Part shown: positions 58,991 to 64,000 of the stretch, piece by piece
Layout: each line of letters starts with the position of its first letter
How positions within the stretch are numbered: the first letter of the stretch is position 1
Source: an uncultured Gemmatimonadales bacterium
Lineage (GTDB): Bacteria > Gemmatimonadota > Gemmatimonadetes > Gemmatimonadales > Gemmatimonadaceae
Direction of reading: 5' to 3'
DNA: 64,000 bases
NCBI GenBank assembly: GCA_963793305.1
Contig: CAWBZV010000003.1
Span: forward strand, 1,056,001 to 1,120,000
Notes under the pieces: generated by a model
Database searches by the model: none
What the model saw: the letters and a program-made list of their open reading frames with translations, nothing else
Told to the model about the DNA's origin: nothing
Translations under genes and position numbers: made by a program

Positions 58991-60540
58991 TCGAGCAGCA
59001 TCAGCTGCAGGTCGAAGAACCGCTCGACATGTCGCACCACGGCGTCGTCGATGTCGCCGTGATCGCGCTGCTTGTCGAGCGCCTTGCGCGCCTCGTGGAC
59101 CAGGACCCGCGCGATCTGGTGCTCGTTCCGCAGTCCCGCGCCGAAGATGGAGCGCCCGCCTTTCGTCCAGTACTGCCGCTTGCGCGAATAGAGGTCGCGG
59201 AGCCGCGCGACGGCTTCGACGGCCTCGGGCCCGCGCGCGGCCGGTGACTGCGCGAAGCGGTCGAGGCGTGCGAGCGCGGCGTCGCTCGCCGCGATCCAGG
59301 CTTTGGCCTCTTCCTGATCGTCGCGCGACTGGCCCCGGCCGCCGAGTTTGAGCAGTCGCACGGCGGGCCCGAACGTGAATCCTTGGACGACGAGCGTCGC
59401 GACGATCACGCCGAACGTGATCACGACGATGAGCGGCCGCCCTGGGATCGCCAGTGGCAGCGCGAGCGCGATGACGAGGGAATCCGCGCCGCGCACGCCG
59501 GCCCAGCCGATGAACAGCACTTCGGGCCAGACGTTGTACTGCCGGCGGTCATTACGCCGGGTATAGGATGCGCTCGGAAAGGCCCACACGAGTCGGGTCA
59601 CGATGCAGACGAGCGTGACGACGCCGATATCGAGCAATACGCTCGTCGCCGTGTAGTTGCCCAGGCCCCGAATCACGACCGGGAGCTCGAGACCGACGAA
59701 GATGAAGATCAGGCTCTCGAGCACGAACGTGAGCACGGACCACATCGACTCGTGTTGAATGCGCGTGGCGGCGGTGAAGGATTGCGGGCCGACGCGCGCC
59801 AAGTAAATGCCGGCCGCGACGACCGCGAGCACGGCCGACGCGCCGAGACGGTCGGCCGGAATCCAGACCGCGAACGGGATGACCAACGACAGCGTGTTCT
59901 CGACCACGGGGATTCGCGTCGTGTGGCGGATGAGCCAGAGCACCACCCAGGCGATCGCGAGGCCAATCGCAATGCCGCCGATGCCCGCGAGCACAATGCG
60001 GATCACGGTCATGCCGAGTGAGAACGTGCCGCTGATCGCGGCGGCGACCGCCGCGCGATAGAGGATGAGGGAGGTGGCATCGTTCGCCAGCCCTTCGCCC
60101 TCGAGAATCGTGTCGACCGTGCGCGAGACGCCGAGCGGGCGGAGCACGGCGGTGGCGGCGATCGGGTCCGGCGGCGCGACGATGGCGCCCAGCGCGAACG
60201 CGGACGCCCAGGTCAAATCCGGAATGATCGCGTGTGCGGCGAGCGCGACCGTGATCGTGGTGACGACGACGAGTCCGACGCCGAGACTCAAGATCGGCCC
60301 GCGGCGCGCGCGAATCTCGCGCCACGACGCGGACTGGGCCGTGTTGTAGAGCAACGGCGGCACGAAGATCAGGAATATCAGGTCTGGCGAGGCCTCGACG
60401 TGCGGCACCCATGGAAGCGCCGCCAGGATCCCGCCGCCAATGACAAGGAGCACCGGCAGCGGTATGCGGAGCCTCCCCGCGATGAGCTGAAGCGCGGCGG
60501 AGACCGCGAGGAGAATGAGGGCCAGCTCGAGCGCTAACAC
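58903..60540 (-). CDS. Na+/H+ antiporter, CPA1 family
   Basis: FVPPLLY, LGAIVAPPDPIA, EGEGLANDA and WAGVRG..SL..AL. Confidence 0.93.
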   Translation of the reverse strand: MLALELALILLAVSAALQLIAGRLRIPLPVLLVIGGGILAALPWVPHVEASPDLIFLIFVPPLLYNTAQSASWREIRARRGPILSLGVGLVVVTTITVALAAHAIIPDLTWASAFALGAIVAPPDPIAATAVLRPLGVSRTVDTILEGEGLANDATSLILYRAAVAAAISGTFSLGMTVIRIVLAGIGGIAIGLAIAWVVLWLIRHTTRIPVVENTLSLVIPFAVWIPADRLGASAVLAVVAAGIYLARVGPQSFTAATRIQHESMWSVLTFVLESLIFIFVGLELPVVIRGLGNYTATSVLLDIGVVTLVCIVTRLVWAFPSASYTRRNDRRQYNVWPEVLFIGWAGVRGADSLVIALALPLAIPGRPLIVVITFGVIVATLVVQGFTFGPAVRLLKLGGRGQSRDDQEEAKAWIAASDAALARLDRFAQSPAARGPEAVEAVARLRDLYSRKRQYWTKGGRSIFGAGLRNEHQIARVLVHEARKALDKQRDHGDIDDAVVRHVERFFDLQLMLLDYPEWDIDGSPFEALTPPPATDGAGASDG

Positions 60541-60544
60541 TGAG

Positions 60545-61054
60545 TTATTGGCTTGTCGTTATTGGTATTGAAATAACCGTCGTGCCCCAGTGGAGCGCCA
60601 AGATGGCATGATCAGATTCAGCAACCGGGAGCTCGAACGCCAGCGTTTCTTCAAATGGTCCAGTCGTTGGCGCTATGGTCACGCGCAGTGCGTCATGGCC
60701 TGCCGGATATGGTATGTGAAAGACGTGCGCCTTGTGGCTCAAAATGACAGTCCAATTATCCGCTCGGGGTATCGCCCACACGCTGTAGGTACCAGCCGCG
60801 AGCGATTGCCCCGCGAAAGTGATTCGTCGACTCGTCGCGAACGTCGTCGCCTCGTCGGCACCTGGGCACCACTCTGCTCCATAGGGCACGATTCCGCCGA
60901 ATAAGACACGGCCGCGCGCGGATGGCCGATTGTAGCGCACCGCGATCGTCGTCGATCCGAGATGCTGGACGATGTATGCAGGCTGACTCTTCCGTGGCTC
61001 GCGATGACATGCGCTGGCAACGAGCGCGACCGCGCCGAGCATGAAGAAGCTCAT
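60545..61054 (-). CDS. DUF2911 family secreted/lipoprotein
   Basis: I.V.Y.RPSARGR.LFG.IVPYG..W..GA.EAT and LAAGTYS.W.IP....WT. Confidence 0.9.
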   Translation of the reverse strand: MSFFMLGAVALVASACHREPRKSQPAYIVQHLGSTTIAVRYNRPSARGRVLFGGIVPYGAEWCPGADEATTFATSRRITFAGQSLAAGTYSVWAIPRADNWTVILSHKAHVFHIPYPAGHDALRVTIAPTTGPFEETLAFELPVAESDHAILALHWGTTVISIPITTSQ

Positions 61055-61070
61055 CACTGAGTAATTCGCC

Positions 61071-61100
61071 CTGACGACGTCCTGACATCGTTCTGACATT
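61071..61100. promoter_or_regulatory. Putative OmpR/PhoB-type tandem operator
   Basis: CTGAC at 61071, 61082 and 61093 (11-bp period) between divergent genes. Confidence 0.45.
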
Positions 61101-61219
61101 ATGAGAGAAGTGTGAATGGTCTGTTAGGGGAGCATGAAATTGGCTCTTGCATCTGTGAAGAACATTTGCCCACTATTGGCCGGTTATGACCGTTCATTTC
61201 CATCTCCAGGGGGTAGTGC

Positions 61220-64000
61220 ATGACGACACTCGATGTCGGAGGAGTGCGACGTGCCGTGCTCACGATTGGCCTTGCAGCGCTGTCGAGCGTTGCGTGGAGC
61301 CAAGCGCAGAGCCAAGGAACAGCGCGGCGCATTACGGGGCACGTCCTCGACGCTGACGGCAAAGCGCCGATTCCCGCCGCGACGGTTCGCGTCGCCAACA
61401 GTACGTTCGGGGCAGCCACCTCGGACAGCGGCGCTTTCGCGCTGCGCGCGCCGGACGGACCGCTCACGCTGACCGTTCGACGGATCGGCTACACGAGTGC
61501 CACCGTCTCGGTGGCGGCCGACCAGAATGACGTGACGATCTCGCTCACGCGCGACGTCCTCAAGCTCGACGCGGAAGTGATCACCGGCGTCGCCACCACG
61601 ATCTCGTCGAAGAACTCGGCCAACAATGTCGCGGTGCTCAACGCCGACCAGATCTCGAGCGTGCCCGCGCCGACGATCGAGAACGCCCTCCAGGGCAAGA
61701 TCGCGGGCGCCGTGATTCAGCAGAACAACGGCGGCGCGCCGGGCGGCGGCATGCAGGTCCAGATCCGCGGCATCACGTCGATCAACTCCGTCGCCGAGCC
61801 GTTGTACGTGGTCGATGGCGTGATCGTGAACAACGAGACCGTGAACAGCGGCGCGAACGCGATCAGCGGCGCCGCGAACAACACGATCATCCAGTCGAAC
61901 CAGGATAACAGCCCGAACCGGATCGCCGACTTGAACCCCAACGACATCGAGTCGATCGAGGTGCTGAAGGGCGCCTCGGCCGCCGCGATCTACGGCGGGA
62001 AGGCGGCCTCGGGCGTGATCGTGATCACGACAAAGAAAGGGATTCCCGGCAAGCCGCAATGGGACCTCTCGGGTCAGACCGGGACGTACTTCGCCGGCAA
62101 TACCCTGAATCTCCGCCAATTCCCGACGCAAAAAAGCGCCCAATTATGGTGGAACAATGACGCCGGCAAAACCGGCGCGCTCCCGGCCGGTTACTACGGC
62201 GGCAACCAGGACTTCCAGAACCAGCTGTTCGGCGGCGGCCAGCTGTCCGGCCAGGGCGACCTGTCCGTGCGTGGCGCGACGAACACCACGAACTACTTCG
62301 CGTCGCTGCATGATCAGTACGACAACGGGATCATGCAAGGGACCGGATACAATAAGCAGGCAATCCGGACCAACCTGACGCAGACGTTTTCGTCGGCGCT
62401 CACCGCCTCGACGAATCTCTATTATCAGCACTCGGTGACGACCCGCGGGGTTACCGGGAACGACAACGTCGGCATCAGCCCGTACAATGTCTTCTCGGTC
62501 ACGCCCCAGTTCTACAACATGAACGCGATGACGAGCACCGGGTGGATCAACAACCCATTCGGTTTCTCCAATCCATTCCAGGACGCCGCGGAGATTCAGA
62601 CGCCGGACAACGTCAACCGCTTCATCGGCGGCGGGACGGTGTCGTATCAGATCCTGCACACGAACCAGCACGACCTGAAAGTGTCGCTGATCGCCGGCGT
62701 CGACATCTCCAACGAGCACGCTCTCAACTACGCCCCACCCGGCCTGGAGGTCGAGCAGCACCAGCCGCTGGACGGCGTGTCGAACGTGAACAACTCGGTC
62801 AACACGTACTACAACTACAACGTCAGCCTCGTTCACCACTTCACGGGGCTCTCGTGGCTCGACGCGACGACCTCGATCGGTGAATCGCAGGACCGCCGGA
62901 CGCTCGACAACCCGAACATCGTCGGGCAGAACCTGCCGACGGGCATCGTCACGCCAACCTCGGGCGCGGTGCAGAGCGCGTTCGAGTACAAGTCGGACGT
63001 CAAGACGTTGTCGTTGTACGCCCAGGAGCAGGTCCTCACGCTCTCGCAGCGGTTGGCGCTGACGGCCGGCCTGACGGCGGACCGCAACTCCAACAACGGC
63101 GGCTTCGAGCGCTACTATCTCTACCCAAAGTTCTCCGGCTCGTTGATCCTGCCGACGTTCGCGAAGTTCATCGACGAGTTCAAACTCCGTTCCGCCTACG
63201 GCCGCTCGGGGACGGCACCCACCTACGGCTACAACTACCCGAACTCGGCCAGCTGCACGTCGCAGCTCAATGCGAGCTTCCACGCGCTGGCCTGCGGATT
63301 CCTGCCGACGATCCCCGCGTTCAATCTCAACGACGTGAACCTGAGGCCCGAGCAAAGTGCCGAAACCGAGGCGGGCCTCGACATCACGATGTTCAAGTCG
63401 CGGGCCCAGTTCTCCGGTACCGTCTACAACAAGCAGGTCTCGGACCTCGTGTTGTTCGAAGCCCCACCGGGATCCTCCGGTATCTCGCAGCAAGTCGTGA
63501 ACGGGGGCAAGTTCCACAATCAGGGCATCGAGCTCTCCCTGCAATTCTCGCCGATCGCTAGCGACCGGGGCCTGACCTGGATCTCCAACACGACGTTCTA
63601 TCGGAACTACAGCCGGGTCGACGCACTGCCGGATAACAGCGCGTCATTCCCGACGACCTATCAGTTCGGCGGCGCGTTCGGCACGAACCTCATTCAGGTC
63701 GGCCGGTCGATCTCGCAGATCGTGAACACCGGCGTCACGAGTCCGAATGGCACGAACCCGCAAGTCGGCGACGCCACGCCGTCCGATGTCATCAGCTTCA
63801 ATCAGCAGCTCTCGTTTGGTCGGTTCCACCTCAATGGCGTGCTCGATTGGTATGTCGGCGGCAGCGTCGGGAACCTGACGAACGCCTACTATGACAACGG
63901 CCTGTTCCTGCTCGCGGACTCCGCCGCGTCGGCGAAGCGTATCGCGGCAGCCCAAGCCGGCGGTGCGCCGTACGTCGAGTCCGCGCGGTTCGTGAAACTG
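61220..64000 (+). CDS. SusC/RagA-family TonB-dependent receptor (3' truncated by window edge)
   Basis: Signal peptide, carboxypeptidase-regulatory-like domain, ALQGKIAGA, PLYVVDGV, DIESIEVLKGASAAAIYG..A.SGVIVITTK; same frame at the window end (YVESARFVKL); absent from the ORF track because it has no stop. Confidence 0.95.
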   Translation, partial: MTTLDVGGVRRAVLTIGLAALSSVAWSQAQSQGTARRITGHVLDADGKAPIPAATVRVANSTFGAATSDSGAFALRAPDGPLTLTVRRIGYTSATVSVAADQNDVTISLTRDVLKLDAEVITGVATTISSKNSANNVAVLNADQISSVPAPTIENALQGKIAGAVIQQNNGGAPGGGMQVQIRGITSINSVAEPLYVVDGVIVNNETVNSGANAISGAANNTIIQSNQDNSPNRIADLNPNDIESIEVLKGASAAAIYGGKAASGVIVITTKKGIPGKPQWDLSGQTGTYFAGNTLNLRQFPTQKSAQLWWNNDAGKTGALPAGYYGGNQDFQNQLFGGGQLSGQGDLSVRGATNTTNYFASLHDQYDNGIMQGTGYNKQAIRTNLTQTFSSALTASTNLYYQHSVTTRGVTGNDNVGISPYNVFSVTPQFYNMNAMTSTGWINNPFGFSNPFQDAAEIQTPDNVNRFIGGGTVSYQILHTNQHDLKVSLIAGVDISNEHALNYAPPGLEVEQHQPLDGVSNVNNSVNTYYNYNVSLVHHFTGLSWLDATTSIGESQDRRTLDNPNIVGQNLPTGIVTPTSGAVQSAFEYKSDVKTLSLYAQEQVLTLSQRLALTAGLTADRNSNNGGFERYYLYPKFSGSLILPTFAKFIDEFKLRSAYGRSGTAPTYGYNYPNSASCTSQLNASFHALACGFLPTIPAFNLNDVNLRPEQSAETEAGLDITMFKSRAQFSGTVYNKQVSDLVLFEAPPGSSGISQQVVNGGKFHNQGIELSLQFSPIASDRGLTWISNTTFYRNYSRVDALPDNSASFPTTYQFGGAFGTNLIQVGRSISQIVNTGVTSPNGTNPQVGDATPSDVISFNQQLSFGRFHLNGVLDWYVGGSVGNLTNAYYDNGLFLLADSAASAKRIAAAQAGGAPYVESARFVKL

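Noticed and set aside
61184..63955. Long minus-strand ORFs (61184..62143, 62144..63544, 63644..63955)
   Set aside because: Antisense shadows of the SusC-like gene, common in high-GC DNA

Overview
High-GC bacterial window of densely packed accessory genes. The gene content (four orphan MacB/FtsX-type ADOP permeases, PadR, a SusC-like TonB-dependent receptor, a Hanks-type kinase, many lipoproteins) suggests Gemmatimonadota or Acidobacteriota; this is an inference. I saw no rRNA, tRNA, CRISPR array or transposase. Six frameshifts in five otherwise intact genes are each repaired by removing one base from an AA/TT pair, which points to read error. Main candidates for new biology: (1) a mer-like operon without merA whose MerT-like transporter reads through an in-frame UGA into a thioredoxin-fold domain (UxxC) with a SECIS-like hairpin, i.e. 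a hidden selenoprotein; (2) a 5 kb cassette with two TPR proteins, a short secreted Cys-loop peptide, an AraC regulator, a ZU5-like lipoprotein and a disabled sigma-54 activator-like ATPase, which may be a peptide-signalling system; (3) a Ser/Thr kinase fused to an ADOP permease; (4) three MBL-fold proteins lacking the zinc motif, two of them divergent from LytS/LytTR pairs with visible operator repeats; (5) a SoxR-like mini-regulon with two 19-bp-spacer promoters; (6) a phnW-less phosphonate catabolic operon; (7) two paralogous multicopper oxidase plus amidohydrolase cassettes.
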